Below are positions 1-10,956 of a DNA stretch of 64,000 bases, in pieces; positions within the stretch are counted from its first letter, which is position 1; every line of letters begins with the position of its first letter. A program made the translations under genes and the position numbers. Origin of the DNA: Chthoniobacteraceae bacterium (GTDB lineage: Bacteria > Verrucomicrobiota > Verrucomicrobiia > Chthoniobacterales > Chthoniobacteraceae). The notes beneath the pieces were generated by a model, which was given only the letters and a program-made list of their open reading frames with translations, was not told where the DNA came from and searched no databases. Where the stretch lies: positions 1-64,000 of the forward strand of contig JANNWY010000193.1 of NCBI GenBank assembly GCA_031409335.1. The letters run 5' to 3'.

Positions 1-730
1 GAACTCCGGCACTTCCTTCTCCAAATGGGCGACCAGGCTCGTGATCTGCGCAGGCTTCGTGCGGCAGCGCGGCTGGCTCTTTGCTTCCACGACCGCCCAG
101 GCCGGCGGCAGGTGCGCAGCCCGCAGTTTTTTGACCGCTCCATTTTCCAGTTCCCGCACCCAAAGATTCTTCGGAGACTTGTGCGCCTGGTAATAATCTC
201 CCCCGGCGCAACGGGCGTAACCCGCAGTCTCACCCAGTTTGCGCCATGCGCTCACCTTGTAACAGGTGCCTTGGAAAAGCGCCGGATCCACAAACGTCTC
301 TGCCACCGCCACGGGATGTCCCCATCGCTCCTGCCAGTCGGCGCGCAAACGCGCGAGCATCATTTTCATGAACCGACTGACCAGGTTGGGCGCGTGGCAC
401 TCCGGCAGGATCAGCAGCCGCGCATGATTAGCCACCAGCGCCAAGCGCCGATGCCTCTGCTCATCGCTCCAGCCAATCCACGCGTCCCGTGCCCGCAAAT
501 GTCGCGAACCCGCGCTCCAAGCCGCCAACCCAAGCCACTCCCCCCGATAGGTCGCCACATAGCGCAAGTGTTCCCCCACCAGTTGCCGAACTCTGCAGAT
601 AATGATGTCGCACCACCTGTGCATCAAAATGAACCTGTTCCTGCGACTCGATCAGCCGCACCTCCAGCAGCTCCAAAACTTCCTGCTCTTGCAGGGCCGG
701 ACGCCGAAATCGAATCGCTGGTTTTTCCAT
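1..730 (-). pseudogene. DUF4338-domain transposase N-terminal part with one frameshift near 589-592
   Basis: The ATG730 frame gives ...VVRHHYLQS. A second frame from 588 is open to base 1: RQLVGEHLRYVATYRGEWLG...RDAWIGWS...NLVSRFM...DWQERWGHPVAVAETFVDPALFQGTCYKVSAW..LGETAGY...LEKEVPEF. These are typical DUF4338 motifs, followed by the VP(D/E)xR-like start of an ISAs1-associated domain. Confidence 0.7.
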
Positions 731-826
731 GCCATTGATTTCAGCACCTTCGGGGAATCTTGTTCAGCGTTTACCCTTTAACCTCTTATCGTCAGCCTTC
801 TGCGCTAAAACTTAATTCAGCCCTAG
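1..826 (-). mobile_element. Partial IS element (ISAs1-like, DUF4338-containing transposase), running off the window start
   Basis: Transposase-like reading frame on the minus strand. An AT-richer leader (735-820) ends at CTAGGGCTGAATTAAG (minus strand, ~826-811), the probable terminal inverted repeat. The other end is outside the window. Confidence 0.6.
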
Positions 827-884
827 GTGAACGGTCCCGCCAATTGTCCCGCTCGCCGCTGGAGCGGCAAGCCACGGGGCGATC

Positions 885-3734
885 TCACGCCTCCAGCAAT
901 TGCCGCAAGACGAACGGCAGAATCCCACCGTGGCGCACGTAATCGACTTCGATCGCCGTATCGATGCGGCTGCGCAGCTTCACCGTGCCGGTCGTACCGT
1001 CGGTGCGATGGATCACGAGCGTCACGTCGCTCATCGGTTTGATGTCGTTGCTGAGGCCGAGCAGGTCGAAGGTTTCGGTGCCGTCGAGGCGGAGCGTGCC
1101 GGCGTCCACGCCTTCGGGGAATTGCAGCGGGAGCACGCCCATGCCGCAGAGATTGCTGCGGTGGATGCGCTCGAAACTTTGCGCGACGACGGCTTTCACG
1201 CCGAGCAGGCGCGTGCCTTTCGCGGCCCAATCGCGCGAGCTGCCGGTGCCGTATTCCTGACCGGCGAAGATGATGAGCGGCACGTCGCTCGACTGATATT
1301 TGATCGCGGCATCGTAGATCGGCATCACGGTGCCTTCGGGTTGATGTTTCGTCACGCCGCCTTCGGTGCCGGGGGCCATCAGGTTTTTGATGCGCACATT
1401 TGCAAAGGTTCCGCGCGTCATGATGCGGTCGTTGCCGCGCCGCGAGCCGTAGCTGTTGAAATCCTCGTACGCGACTTCGTGCTGCGTGAGGTATTCGCCG
1501 GCGGGCGAGGTTTTCTTGATCGCGCCTGCGGGCGAAATGTGGTCGGTCGTCACGGAGTCGCCGAAGATGCCGAGCGGGCGCATGCCGTGCAATTCACCGA
1601 TCGTGCCGGGCTCCATGCCGAAGTTCGTGAAGAACGGCGGTTCCTGAATGTAAGTGCTCGTTTCATCCCACGCATACACGTCGCCGACGGTGCTCGGGAT
1701 TTCGTTCCATTTCGGATTTTGCGTGGCGAAGTCCGTGTAAAGGCGGCGGAAAACTTCCGGGCTGAGCGCGCTCTCCATCGCCGTGGTGATCTCGGCGAGA
1801 CTCGGCCAGAGTTCGCGGAGGAAGACGGGCGTGCCACTTGCGTCGATCGTGATTGGCTCGGTCGTGAGGTCAATGTCCACGCGGCCCGCGAGCGCGAAGG
1901 CGACGACGAGCGGCGGCGACATGAGGAAGTTCGCCTTGATGTTTTGATGCACGCGCGCCTCGAAATTGCGGTTGCCGCTGAGCACGCTGGCGGTGATGAG
2001 ATCGTTCTTCGCGATGGCCTCTTCCAGCGCGGGGTGAAGCGGGCCGCTGTTGCCGATGCAAGTCGTGCAGCCGTAGCCGACGGTCTGGAAACCGAGCTGA
2101 TCGAGATAGGTCTGGAGACCAGTTTTTGTAAGGTAATCCGTGACAACGCGCGACCCTGGCCCGAGCGAAGTTTTCACCGCCGGATTCACCGTGAGCCCGC
2201 GCTCGACCGCTTTTTTCGCGAGCAAACCCGCCGCGAGCATCACGCTCGGATTCGACGTATTCGTGCAGCTCGTGATCGCCGCGATGAGCACGGACCCGTG
2301 CCCGATTGTCGTGTCCGCGGGCCGGTAGGAAGTGCGCGTGATGTCTTCCGCCGGAGTCGGCGCGGGCCGGTTCGTCACCATCTCCGCGACGTTCGCCGGA
2401 GCCCCTTCGCGCATGTGCGTGGAGCCGGTGGTGCCTTCGGTGGAAAAGAGTTCGGGGGCCGCAGTCGGCGCGCTGCCGTTGATATGCACGGGCACTTTGT
2501 TCGCCAAATCCGCCGAGGTTTTTCCGTAGCCGCCGTCTTTCAGCGTCTTCGTGAAAAGGTCGGTAAAGGTGCTCTTCAAATCCGGCAGATTGATGTGATC
2601 CTGCGGGCGCTTCGGTCCGGCCACGCCGGGAACGACGGTCGAGAGATCGAGTTCGAGATCGACCGAATAATCGATCTGCCCCTTTTGCGGAATGCCCCAC
2701 AAACCCTGCGCCTGGTAGTAATGCTCGAACGCCAGCACCGCATCGAAGTCCCGCCCCGTGCCGCGCAGATAGCGCACCGTCTCATCGTCCACGCCAAAGA
2801 AGCCCATCGTCGCGCCATATTCGGGAGCCATGTTCGCGATCGTCGCGCGATCCACGACCGGCAGCGATTCCGCGCCGGGTCCGTAAAATTCCACAAACTT
2901 CCCGACCACCTTCGCCTTGCGCAGCATTTGCGTGATGTGCAGCACCACATCGGTCGCCGTCACGCCCTCGCTCACGATGCCGGTGAGATGCACGCCGACG
3001 ACTTCGGGCGTCAGGAAATACACGGGCTGCCCGAGCATCCCCGCCTCCGCCTCAATGCCGCCCACGCCCCAGCCGACGACGCCGAGTCCGTTGATCATCG
3101 TCGTGTGCGAGTCCGTGCCGACGAGCGAATCCGGGTAATACACGCCGTCTTTTTCGAGCACACCTTTCGCGAGATATTCGAGATTTACCTGATGCACGAT
3201 GCCGATCCCCGGCGGCACCACACCGAAAGTCTGAAACGCCTGCTGCCCCCATTTCAGCAGCATGTAACGCTCGCGATTCCGCTTAAATTCGAGATCCAGA
3301 TTCATCCGCAGCGCCTGCGCCGAGCCAAAGAAATCCACCTGCACCGAGTGATCCACCACGAGATCGACCGGCACGAGCGGCTCGATCATTTTCGGATCGC
3401 GACCGAGCCGCGAAACCGTCGAGCGCATCGCCGCAAGATCGACCAGCAAAGGAACGCCGGTGAAATCCTGCAACACCACGCGCGCCACCACGAACGGAAT
3501 CTCGACCTGCGCCGGAGCCTTCGCATTCCAGTTCGCCAGCGCCCGCACATCGTCCTCCGTCACCTTCTTCCCGTCGCAATTTCGCAGCACGCTCTCGAGC
3601 ACGATGCGGATGGAAATCGGCAGCCGCGAGATCGGCCCCACACCTTGCCTTTCGAGCGCGGGCAGCGAAAAAAGCGTGCCCTGTTTGCCATTGCCGAGGT
3701 CGAAATTCTGCTTCGTCTGAAATGCGTCGCTCAT
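885..3734 (-). CDS. acnA: Aconitate hydratase A
   Basis: 949 aa; motifs [62 protein letters not shown]. Confidence 0.97.
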   Translation of the reverse strand: MSDAFQTKQNFDLGNGKQGTLFSLPALERQGVGPISRLPISIRIVLESVLRNCDGKKVTEDDVRALANWNAKAPAQVEIPFVVARVVLQDFTGVPLLVDLAAMRSTVSRLGRDPKMIEPLVPVDLVVDHSVQVDFFGSAQALRMNLDLEFKRNRERYMLLKWGQQAFQTFGVVPPGIGIVHQVNLEYLAKGVLEKDGVYYPDSLVGTDSHTTMINGLGVVGWGVGGIEAEAGMLGQPVYFLTPEVVGVHLTGIVSEGVTATDVVLHITQMLRKAKVVGKFVEFYGPGAESLPVVDRATIANMAPEYGATMGFFGVDDETVRYLRGTGRDFDAVLAFEHYYQAQGLWGIPQKGQIDYSVDLELDLSTVVPGVAGPKRPQDHINLPDLKSTFTDLFTKTLKDGGYGKTSADLANKVPVHINGSAPTAAPELFSTEGTTGSTHMREGAPANVAEMVTNRPAPTPAEDITRTSYRPADTTIGHGSVLIAAITSCTNTSNPSVMLAAGLLAKKAVERGLTVNPAVKTSLGPGSRVVTDYLTKTGLQTYLDQLGFQTVGYGCTTCIGNSGPLHPALEEAIAKNDLITASVLSGNRNFEARVHQNIKANFLMSPPLVVAFALAGRVDIDLTTEPITIDASGTPVFLRELWPSLAEITTAMESALSPEVFRRLYTDFATQNPKWNEIPSTVGDVYAWDETSTYIQEPPFFTNFGMEPGTIGELHGMRPLGIFGDSVTTDHISPAGAIKKTSPAGEYLTQHEVAYEDFNSYGSRRGNDRIMTRGTFANVRIKNLMAPGTEGGVTKHQPEGTVMPIYDAAIKYQSSDVPLIIFAGQEYGTGSSRDWAAKGTRLLGVKAVVAQSFERIHRSNLCGMGVLPLQFPEGVDAGTLRLDGTETFDLLGLSNDIKPMSDVTLVIHRTDGTTGTVKLRSRIDTAIEVDYVRHGGILPFVLRQLLEA

Positions 3735-3895
3735 GATTTATTTTATGGAATGTGCCCGAGGAGCAAAGCGCACGCGCTCATCGCGGGCAAGCACATCGCG
3801 CCCGGTGATTCTGCTTTCAAAAACCCAAGGAAACGACGGCTCGCTTGTCTTGCTATTGCATCGCGCTTAAGTCTCTCGCGCGGCTGCCACAAACC

Positions 3896-6433
3896 ATGCG
3901 TCCCATTCTTCTCCCACTCGTCCTCGTCGCGATCAGCACATCTGCTTGGGCGGCGAGTTTGGAGGACGCGCGTGGGTTTTTGCTGACTGGCAAATACGCC
4001 GAAGTCGTGAAGGCCGCGGAGGAATCCGTCTCGCAAAATCTCCCGACCGAGGAGTGGCCGCTGCTGCACGCGGAGGCGCTCATGGCTTCGGGCCGATACC
4101 CGGAGGCGCTGATGGCGATCGTTCAGGGATTGCAGCGTTTTCCATCCAGCCTGCGCGTGCGCCTGCTCGGCTACGACGTGCTGCGCGCAAACGGACAGGT
4201 GGAGCGCGCGAAGGCGCTTTTCGACGAACTCGATCAGCTCGCCGCCCGCCGCGAATGGGCGTATCGCCAGCCGGCTGATCTGGTCGCGATCGGACGCGCC
4301 GCGCTCATCGCGGGCGCCGATCCGAAGATCGTGCTCGATCGCTTTTTCGAGCCGGTGAAAAAAGCCGCGCCGGAGTTTCGCGAGAGCTACATCGCCAGCG
4401 GGGAACTGGCGCTCACGAAGAATGACTTCGCGCTTGCGGGAAAGATGTTCGACCAGGCGGCGAAGAAATTTGCGGATGATCCAGATATCCAGTTTGGCAT
4501 CGCGCGCGCGTTTGCCTCGAGCGATGCGGAGGCCACTGGCAAGGCGCTGGAGCTGACGCTGAAACTCAATCCGAATCACGTCGGTGCGCGACTGCTGCTC
4601 GCGGAGCGCGCGATCGACTCGGAGCAATATGAGCAGGCGGACGAACTGATCGGCGAGGCGTTGAAGATCAATCCCGCGCTTCCCGAGTCGCACGCGCTGC
4701 GCGCCGTGCTCGCGCATTTGCGGGCGGATGCGAAAGCCGAGAAGCAGGCGCGTGAGGCGGCGCTGAAATTCTGGCGGACGAATCCGGCGGTGGATTGGCA
4801 AATCGGCAGCAAACTTTCGCGCAAGTATCGCTTCGCGGAAAGTGCCGAGCGGCAGCGGCAGGCGCTGAAGTTTGATCCCGCCTACCTCCCCGCGAAGATG
4901 CAGCTCGCGCAGGATCTCCTGCGGCTCGGGCAGGACGACGAGGGCTGGGAACTCGTGGACGAGGTGCAAAAGGCCGATCCGTATGATGTCGTCGCCTTCA
5001 ACCTCACGACGCTGCGCGACCGGATCGCGAAATTTCAAACCTTGAAAAGCGAGCATTTCCTAGTGCGCATGGACCCGCAGGAAGCCGCGATTTATGGCCA
5101 GGACGCGCTCGCGCTTCTCGAAAAAGCGCACGCCACGCTGACGAAAAAATACGGCCTCGAACTCAAGCAGCAGACCATCGTGGAAATTTTTCCCGAGCAG
5201 AAGGATTTCGCGATTCGCACGTTCGGGCTGCCCGGCGGGCAGGGTTATCTCGGCGTGTGTTTCGGGCGGCTCATCACCGCCAACAGCCCGGCGGCGCGGC
5301 CTGGCAGTTCGGCCAACTGGCAGGCGATATTGTGGCACGAATTTTGTCACGTCGTGACGCTCACGCTGACGAAGAACAAGATGCCGCGCTGGCTCAGCGA
5401 AGGCATCAGCGTTTTCGAGGAGCGGCAGCAGCGGGGGAATTGGGGCGAGAAGATGCAGCCGCGTTATCGCGCGATGATCCTCGGCGATGATCTGACGCCC
5501 GTGAGCCAGCTCAGCGGTGCGTTTTTGAAACCGAAGACGCCCGCGCATCTCGGCTTCGCGTATTTCGAATCGTCGCTCGTCGTCGAGTTTCTCATCGAGC
5601 GTTTCGGGCTGGAGAAAATGAAGCGCATCCTCGCCGACCTCGCGAAGGGCGTGGAGATCAACGAAGCCATCGCCGCGCACGCGCAACCGATCGCGAAGAT
5701 CGACGCGGAATTTGCGGAGCGCGCGAAGGCGCTGGCGAAAGCGACGGGGCCGCTGATCGATTGGGCCAAGCCGAAACCAGGCGATGTGAAAGATGACGCG
5801 ATCGAGGAATTTGTGGCGAAGAATCCGACCAGCTTTGAAGGGCTGATGGCGCTGGCGATGAAGCGACTCGAAGCCAAGGAGTGGGAATCGGCAAAGGCTC
5901 CGCTGAAAAAGTTGATCGAGCTTTATCCGAATCAGCACGACGCCAACAGCGCCTACAGCTTGCTTGCGCGGGCGCATCGCGAGCTCAAGGAAACCGACGC
6001 GGAACTCGCCGTGCTGAACAAGATCGCCGAACTTTCGCCCGACGCCCCCGACGCCTTCGCCCGCCTCATGGAACTCGCCAAAGAGCGCCAGGACTGGCCT
6101 GCCTTGCTCGCGAATGCCGAGCGTTTCGCCGCCGTGAATCCACTCTCCGCGCTGCCGCATCGCGCGGAAGCCGACGCAAACGAAGCCCTCGGCAAAAAGC
6201 CCGCCGCCATCGCCGCGTATCGCACCGTGCTGAAACTCGATCCCGAAAATCCCGCCGACATTCACTACCGCCTCGCGCGCCTGCTTCACGAAATCAAAGA
6301 TCCCACCGCCAAACGCGAACTGCTTCTCGCGCTGGAAGAAGCCCCGCGCTTTCGCGAAGCGCTGAAACTGCTGCTGGAAATCGATGGCGGCCGCCCTGGA
6401 AACGCCGGCGCGAAGAATCCCCGAAAACCATGA
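3896..6433 (+). CDS. Secreted TPR-repeat protein with central peptidase MA-like (HExxH) domain
   Basis: Signal peptide MRPILLPLVLVAISTSAWAA, many TPR-like helices, and LWHEFCH...PRWLSEGIS gluzincin-like motif. Start set at ATG3896. Confidence 0.8.
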   Translation: MRPILLPLVLVAISTSAWAASLEDARGFLLTGKYAEVVKAAEESVSQNLPTEEWPLLHAEALMASGRYPEALMAIVQGLQRFPSSLRVRLLGYDVLRANGQVERAKALFDELDQLAARREWAYRQPADLVAIGRAALIAGADPKIVLDRFFEPVKKAAPEFRESYIASGELALTKNDFALAGKMFDQAAKKFADDPDIQFGIARAFASSDAEATGKALELTLKLNPNHVGARLLLAERAIDSEQYEQADELIGEALKINPALPESHALRAVLAHLRADAKAEKQAREAALKFWRTNPAVDWQIGSKLSRKYRFAESAERQRQALKFDPAYLPAKMQLAQDLLRLGQDDEGWELVDEVQKADPYDVVAFNLTTLRDRIAKFQTLKSEHFLVRMDPQEAAIYGQDALALLEKAHATLTKKYGLELKQQTIVEIFPEQKDFAIRTFGLPGGQGYLGVCFGRLITANSPAARPGSSANWQAILWHEFCHVVTLTLTKNKMPRWLSEGISVFEERQQRGNWGEKMQPRYRAMILGDDLTPVSQLSGAFLKPKTPAHLGFAYFESSLVVEFLIERFGLEKMKRILADLAKGVEINEAIAAHAQPIAKIDAEFAERAKALAKATGPLIDWAKPKPGDVKDDAIEEFVAKNPTSFEGLMALAMKRLEAKEWESAKAPLKKLIELYPNQHDANSAYSLLARAHRELKETDAELAVLNKIAELSPDAPDAFARLMELAKERQDWPALLANAERFAAVNPLSALPHRAEADANEALGKKPAAIAAYRTVLKLDPENPADIHYRLARLLHEIKDPTAKRELLLALEEAPRFREALKLLLEIDGGRPGNAGAKNPRKP

Positions 6434-7305
6434 CTCGAACTCGGGCAGTAGTCGCCATCACCGCGATGCTCATGCTAGGAGGATGGGCCTTCGCGCAACG
6501 CAGCCCGCGCTTCAACTTTTCCCCACAGGCCAGCGGCGGCACCCTCACCGCGCGCGATGCCATGCAGCACAGCAATCCCACGCCGACTTGGAAAAACGAG
6601 CCCGGCTTTGAAAAAGACGTCTTCACCTTCGTCCGCATCATGTATCGCTCCGGCCGCCGCACCTACCATCCGTATGGCGGACGCCGCTGGCAGACCGATT
6701 TCCCCGACGCCGACCTGAACATTTCCTATCGGCTCCAGCAGATGACTTCCATCAAGGTCGATCCCAACGGCCGCGTCCTCGAACTCACCGACCCCGAGCT
6801 GAATCGCTACCCCTTCATCTACATCGTCGAGCCCGGCGACCTCGGTTTCAGCGACGAGGAAGTGACCATCCTCCGGCGCTACCTGCTCAATGGCGGCTTC
6901 CTCATGGTGGATGATTTCTGGGGCGAGGATGAGTGGGAAAATCTCGCTTTTGAAATGAAGCGCGTCTTCCCCGAACGCGAATTCCAGGACATCCCGCGCG
7001 ACCACGCCATGTTCCACTGCGTCTTCGACATCCCAAGCGACCTCAACCTGCAGATTCCCAACGTCGTCCTCGGCACGAACAGCCAGTACACCGGCATCAC
7101 GTGGGAACGCGAGGACGCCCGGCAGGTCCACATCCGCGCCATCTACGACGACAAAAACCGCATCATGGTCGTGGCCTGCCACAACACGGACAATGGCGAC
7201 GGCTGGGAGCGGGAAGGGGAGAACCAATACTTCTTCAGCGAATTCTCGGAAAAGAAGAGTTACCCGCTCGGGATCAACATCATCTTTTACGCGATGACGC
7301 ATTAG
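6430..7305 (+). CDS. DUF4159 domain protein
   Basis: ATGA overlap with the upstream gene; signal peptide; WQTDFPDADLN, YPFIYIVEPG, LRRYLLNGGFLMVDDFWG, NTDNGDGWERE, GINIIFYAMTH. Confidence 0.85.
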   Translation: MTRTRAVVAITAMLMLGGWAFAQRSPRFNFSPQASGGTLTARDAMQHSNPTPTWKNEPGFEKDVFTFVRIMYRSGRRTYHPYGGRRWQTDFPDADLNISYRLQQMTSIKVDPNGRVLELTDPELNRYPFIYIVEPGDLGFSDEEVTILRRYLLNGGFLMVDDFWGEDEWENLAFEMKRVFPEREFQDIPRDHAMFHCVFDIPSDLNLQIPNVVLGTNSQYTGITWEREDARQVHIRAIYDDKNRIMVVACHNTDNGDGWEREGENQYFFSEFSEKKSYPLGINIIFYAMTH

Positions 7306-7400
7306 GCACCGTGGCGGCCCGCCCGGTTTGTGGGTAAATCGAACATCGCGACGGAGCTTGCAACGATGAGTGCGCTTCCTACTCTTCGCGCTCTTCTGCC

Positions 7401-7898
7401 ATGCCGAAATCGAACGATATTTTTTCCCTCATGCCGCCCGAAGTGGCGTCGCAACTTTTCGCCCATCTCCACGAAAACGAAAAGCCGCTCTACAAGGCGA
7501 CGATCGACACGCTGGCAAAGCAGCGCAATTTGCGCCCGGTTTTCGTCGAGCGGAAGCCGCGTGAGGAGCGCTTTCCGTGGATGCGGGAGATGGTGGCGAA
7601 AAAGCAGAATGAAAGCGTCGCGTCGCACCTGCTTCAGATCTGGTTTGTCGGCGCGCACAGCAAATTGCTGTGCGATTTCCTCGACGCGCTCGGGATCGCG
7701 CATGATGCGAATGGCACGGTCGAGGAACTGCCCGACGCGCCCCCGAAGGAGGCGCTGTTGAAGGCGATCGACGAGTGTTTGGCGAAGCACGACCCGAAGA
7801 TCGTCGCCGTGTATCTCAATGCCTTTCAGGCGCTAGACGACAAGGGCTGGTCCACGCTCGCCGAGCTGCTCGCGGAAGATCCGCGTCTGCACTTGTAA
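7401..7898 (+). CDS. Conserved hypothetical protein
   Basis: 165 aa ORF with host-like codon usage; FLDALGIAHD.NG motif. Confidence 0.75.
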   Translation: MPKSNDIFSLMPPEVASQLFAHLHENEKPLYKATIDTLAKQRNLRPVFVERKPREERFPWMREMVAKKQNESVASHLLQIWFVGAHSKLLCDFLDALGIAHDANGTVEELPDAPPKEALLKAIDECLAKHDPKIVAVYLNAFQALDDKGWSTLAELLAEDPRLHL

Positions 7899-7920
7899 GC
7901 GCCGCCGCGCGCGAGCCGCG

Positions 7921-8529
7921 ATGCTTTACTGGCTGGAACAACTCGGCGTCGCCGTCGCCGCGATCACCGGCGTGCTCGCGGGGCGCGGGAAAAGCGTGGA
8001 CCTTTTCGGCGTCGTCGTGCTCGCGGTCGTCACGGCGTTTGGCGGGGGCACGATCCGCGATTTGGCGCTCGGCGATACGCCGGTGTTTTGGGTGCGCGAT
8101 GGGAATTACATCCTGACTGCCGTCGCGGCGGCGCTGGGGACTTTCGTCATTGCGCGGTTCCACGAGTTTTCAAATCGCGCGCTGCTGTTCGCGGACGCGG
8201 TCGCACTCGCGTTCTTCACGATGGTCGGCGTGAAAAAAGCGCTCGTCTTTGGCGCGCCACCGCCAGTGGCCGTGACGATGGGTGTGATCACCGGCGTCGC
8301 GGGTGGCATCCTGCGCGACATTCTCACTGGCGAGATTCCGTACGTGTTTCGGAAGGAGATCTATTTCTACGCCACGGCGTCGCTGTGCGGCGCGATTGTC
8401 TTCGTGTTCCTCCAGCGGTCCCCCTGGAGCGTGCCGACGAGTATCTTTGTCGGCGCCGGTGTGACGCTCGCGCTGCGCCTCGCCGCGATCCGCTGGCGGC
8501 TGGCGCTGCCGCTTTTCAAAGCTCAGTAA
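7921..8529 (+). CDS. TRIC / UPF0126 family membrane protein
   Basis: Duplicated motifs D.FGVVVLAVVTAFGGGTIRD and GVITGVAGGILRDIL; hydrophobic throughout. Confidence 0.9.
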   Translation: MLYWLEQLGVAVAAITGVLAGRGKSVDLFGVVVLAVVTAFGGGTIRDLALGDTPVFWVRDGNYILTAVAAALGTFVIARFHEFSNRALLFADAVALAFFTMVGVKKALVFGAPPPVAVTMGVITGVAGGILRDILTGEIPYVFRKEIYFYATASLCGAIVFVFLQRSPWSVPTSIFVGAGVTLALRLAAIRWRLALPLFKAQ

Positions 8530-9128
8530 AAAACCGTTTCCGAGTCCGGCCGGTTCGCCTGCACGTACTGCGCGGGGCTGGACACCGCGGGCCGTGGCGT
8601 GATGCGATCGCGCGTGATTTCTACCTTCGCACCCACGCCGACTGTGCGGTAAAGCTCGATCACGTCGCGCGATTTCATCCGCACGCAACCGTAGCTCGCG
8701 GGCGTGCCGATCTTCCACTCCTCCGCCGTGCCGTGGATGTAAATCGTGCGCCGGTAGGTATTCCGATTTTGTGATTCGAGACCGCGGAGCCAGAGGATGC
8801 GCGAGACGATCGGGTCGCGGCCCGGCGCATTGACGCGCACCACTTCGCCAGTGGGCCGGCGATGGCGAAACTTCATTCCCGCAGGCTGGCCGCCGCCGAT
8901 TTTCTTCGCGATCTCCATGCGCCCCAGCGGTGTGGCGCGACTGCCGGGCCGGTCGCCGAGTCCGAATTTCGAGGTGGACACCGGATACGTCGCGATGGGT
9001 TCGCCTTTCCGGAAGACGACCATTTTTCCGTCGGTCACGCTGACCTTGATCGTGTGAATCTTGTCGCGCGTGGCGCAACCTCCGAAAAGGAGGGCGAGGC
9101 TGAGTAGGATGAAGTTGCGTGTTTGCAC
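8523..9128 (-). CDS. L,D-transpeptidase (YkuD family) lipoprotein
   Basis: Lipobox LFGGC; catalytic IYIHGT...ASYGCVRM motif. Start uncertain (GTG9128 or 9152). Confidence 0.88.
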   Translation of the reverse strand: MQTRNFILLSLALLFGGCATRDKIHTIKVSVTDGKMVVFRKGEPIATYPVSTSKFGLGDRPGSRATPLGRMEIAKKIGGGQPAGMKFRHRRPTGEVVRVNAPGRDPIVSRILWLRGLESQNRNTYRRTIYIHGTAEEWKIGTPASYGCVRMKSRDVIELYRTVGVGAKVEITRDRITPRPAVSSPAQYVQANRPDSETVFY

Positions 9129-9174
9129 GCGCGGACCATAGCGGCGAAGCACCGGCTGGAAAGCGCGAATGCGC

Positions 9175-10887
9175 TCAGCCTTTGACCTGTTCTTTTGCCC
9201 AAGCGTCTTTCAGCGTGATCGTCCGGTTGAACACGAGGCTGCCCGGTCGGGAATCCACCGCATCTACGGTGAAATACGCGAGCCGCTCGAATTGGTAGCG
9301 TTCCTCCGCATTGGCGTCGGCGAGGCTGGGTTCGAGTTTTGCGGTAATGACTTCGAGCGAACTCGGATTCAGCGCGGTGCGGAAATCGCGACCGTCGGCC
9401 TCGGGTTCGGCCTCGGTGAAAAGCCGGTCGTAAAGCCGGACTTCGGCATCGATCGCGTGCGCGGCGCTCACCCAGTGGATCGTGCCCTTGATCTTCCGAT
9501 CGGCAGTCGGGCCGCCGGTTTTCGAATCGAGGTCAGCCGTGCAGCGCAGCTCGGTGATGTGTCCGGCGGCGTCCTTCACCACTTCGTCGCACCGGATGAT
9601 GTAAGCGTATTTCAACCGCACTTCGCCACCCGGTTTCAGTCGGAAAAATTTTGGCGGCGGCACTTCCGCGAAGTCATCCCGCTCGATCCACACCTCGCGG
9701 CTGAACGGCACGGTGCGCGTTCCCGCTTCCGGCTGCGCGGGATTGTTCGTCGCCGTGCATTGGTCGGTTTTGCCTTCGGGAAAATTGGTGATCACCACCT
9801 TGATCGGACGCAGCACTCCGAGCCGGCGCAGCGCGCGCGCATTGAGGTCCGCGCGGATCGCGTGTTCGAAAACCGCGATGTCCGTCGAGCTTTGGTATTT
9901 CGTGACACCGATGTTGTAGGCGAATTGCCGCACCGCTTCCGGCGTGATCCCGCGCCGGCGCAATCCGCTGAGCGTCGGCATCCGCGGATCGTCCCAGCCG
10001 GTGACGATGCCTTCTTTGACGAAAGCGAGCAGCTTGCGCTTCGAGATGACGATGTGGGTCGGCATCAGCTTTGCGAATTCATACTGACGCGGGCGCGGCT
10101 GCGGCACCGGGAGGTTGTCGAGGATCCAGTCGTAAAGCGGGCGATGCACTTCAAACTCGAGCGTGCAGATCGAGTGGGTGATGCCTTCGAGGCTGTCCGA
10201 AAGACAGTGCGCGTAGTCGTATAGCGGATAGATGCACCAGGCGTCGCCGGTGTGATGGTGGGCGGTGTGGCGGATGCGGTAGAGCAGGGGATCACGCAGC
10301 CAGACGTTGGGATGCGCCATGTCGATCTTCGCACGCAGACTGCGCGCGCCATCGGGAAACTCGCCGGCTTTCATCCGCGCGAAAAGATCGAGATTTTCCG
10401 CCACGCTGCGATTGCGGAAAGGCGACGGTTTTCCCGGCTCGCCGGGCGCACCGCGGTAGGCGTCGGTCTGCTCGGGTGTGAGATCGCAGACATAAGCCTT
10501 GCCAGCCTCGATGAGCATCACGGCGTAATCATGAAGCTGATGGAAATAGTCGCTCGCGTAGAACGGCTCGCCGCCAGCCTTCGCGCGGAGTTCCTGATCC
10601 GCCCACCCGTCGATCAGCCAGCGCACATCGGCGATGATGCTTTCCACATACTCGACTTCCTCCTTCGCCGGATTCGTGTCGTCCATCCTGAGATTGCACT
10701 CGCCGCCAAACTCATGCGCGATGCCGAAGTTCAGGCAGATCGATTTCGCATGGCCAATGTGCAGGTAGCCATTTGGCTCGGGGGGAAAGCGCGTGATGAC
10801 CCGCTGCACTTTGCCGGACGCGAGGTCGGCGGCGACAATGTCGCGGATGAAATCGGAAGGCGTCGGTGCGGCGTCGGGCTGGCTCAT
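9175..10887 (-). CDS. glnS: Glutamine--tRNA ligase
   Basis: TRFPPEPNGYLHIGHAKS (HIGH), ISKRKL, GWDDPRMPT, YQFERLAYF, FNRTITLKD. Confidence 0.97.
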   Translation of the reverse strand: MSQPDAAPTPSDFIRDIVAADLASGKVQRVITRFPPEPNGYLHIGHAKSICLNFGIAHEFGGECNLRMDDTNPAKEEVEYVESIIADVRWLIDGWADQELRAKAGGEPFYASDYFHQLHDYAVMLIEAGKAYVCDLTPEQTDAYRGAPGEPGKPSPFRNRSVAENLDLFARMKAGEFPDGARSLRAKIDMAHPNVWLRDPLLYRIRHTAHHHTGDAWCIYPLYDYAHCLSDSLEGITHSICTLEFEVHRPLYDWILDNLPVPQPRPRQYEFAKLMPTHIVISKRKLLAFVKEGIVTGWDDPRMPTLSGLRRRGITPEAVRQFAYNIGVTKYQSSTDIAVFEHAIRADLNARALRRLGVLRPIKVVITNFPEGKTDQCTATNNPAQPEAGTRTVPFSREVWIERDDFAEVPPPKFFRLKPGGEVRLKYAYIIRCDEVVKDAAGHITELRCTADLDSKTGGPTADRKIKGTIHWVSAAHAIDAEVRLYDRLFTEAEPEADGRDFRTALNPSSLEVITAKLEPSLADANAEERYQFERLAYFTVDAVDSRPGSLVFNRTITLKDAWAKEQVKG

Positions 10888-10956
10888 GTGTGGAGAAAGG
10901 CGCGGACGTTACACGCAGCGCCGCGCGGATGGGTAGCGGAAACAGGCGGGTGCCAG

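Noticed and set aside
1..730. Druantia DruA anti-phage gene
   Set aside because: DUF4338 is shared with DruA, but here it runs into an ISAs1-associated motif with an IS-like end, and no other dru genes are visible.
900..3986. 1028-aa plus-strand ORF and similar long antisense ORFs (e.g. 3743-5056, 45640-47901, 48510-50603, 61680-63104)
   Set aside because: Shadow frames of real high-GC genes on the opposite strand, with no recognisable motifs.
5881..7305. 474-aa version of the DUF4159 protein
   Set aside because: The N-terminal extension overlaps the TPR gene. The real start is ATG6430, with a signal peptide and ATGA coupling.
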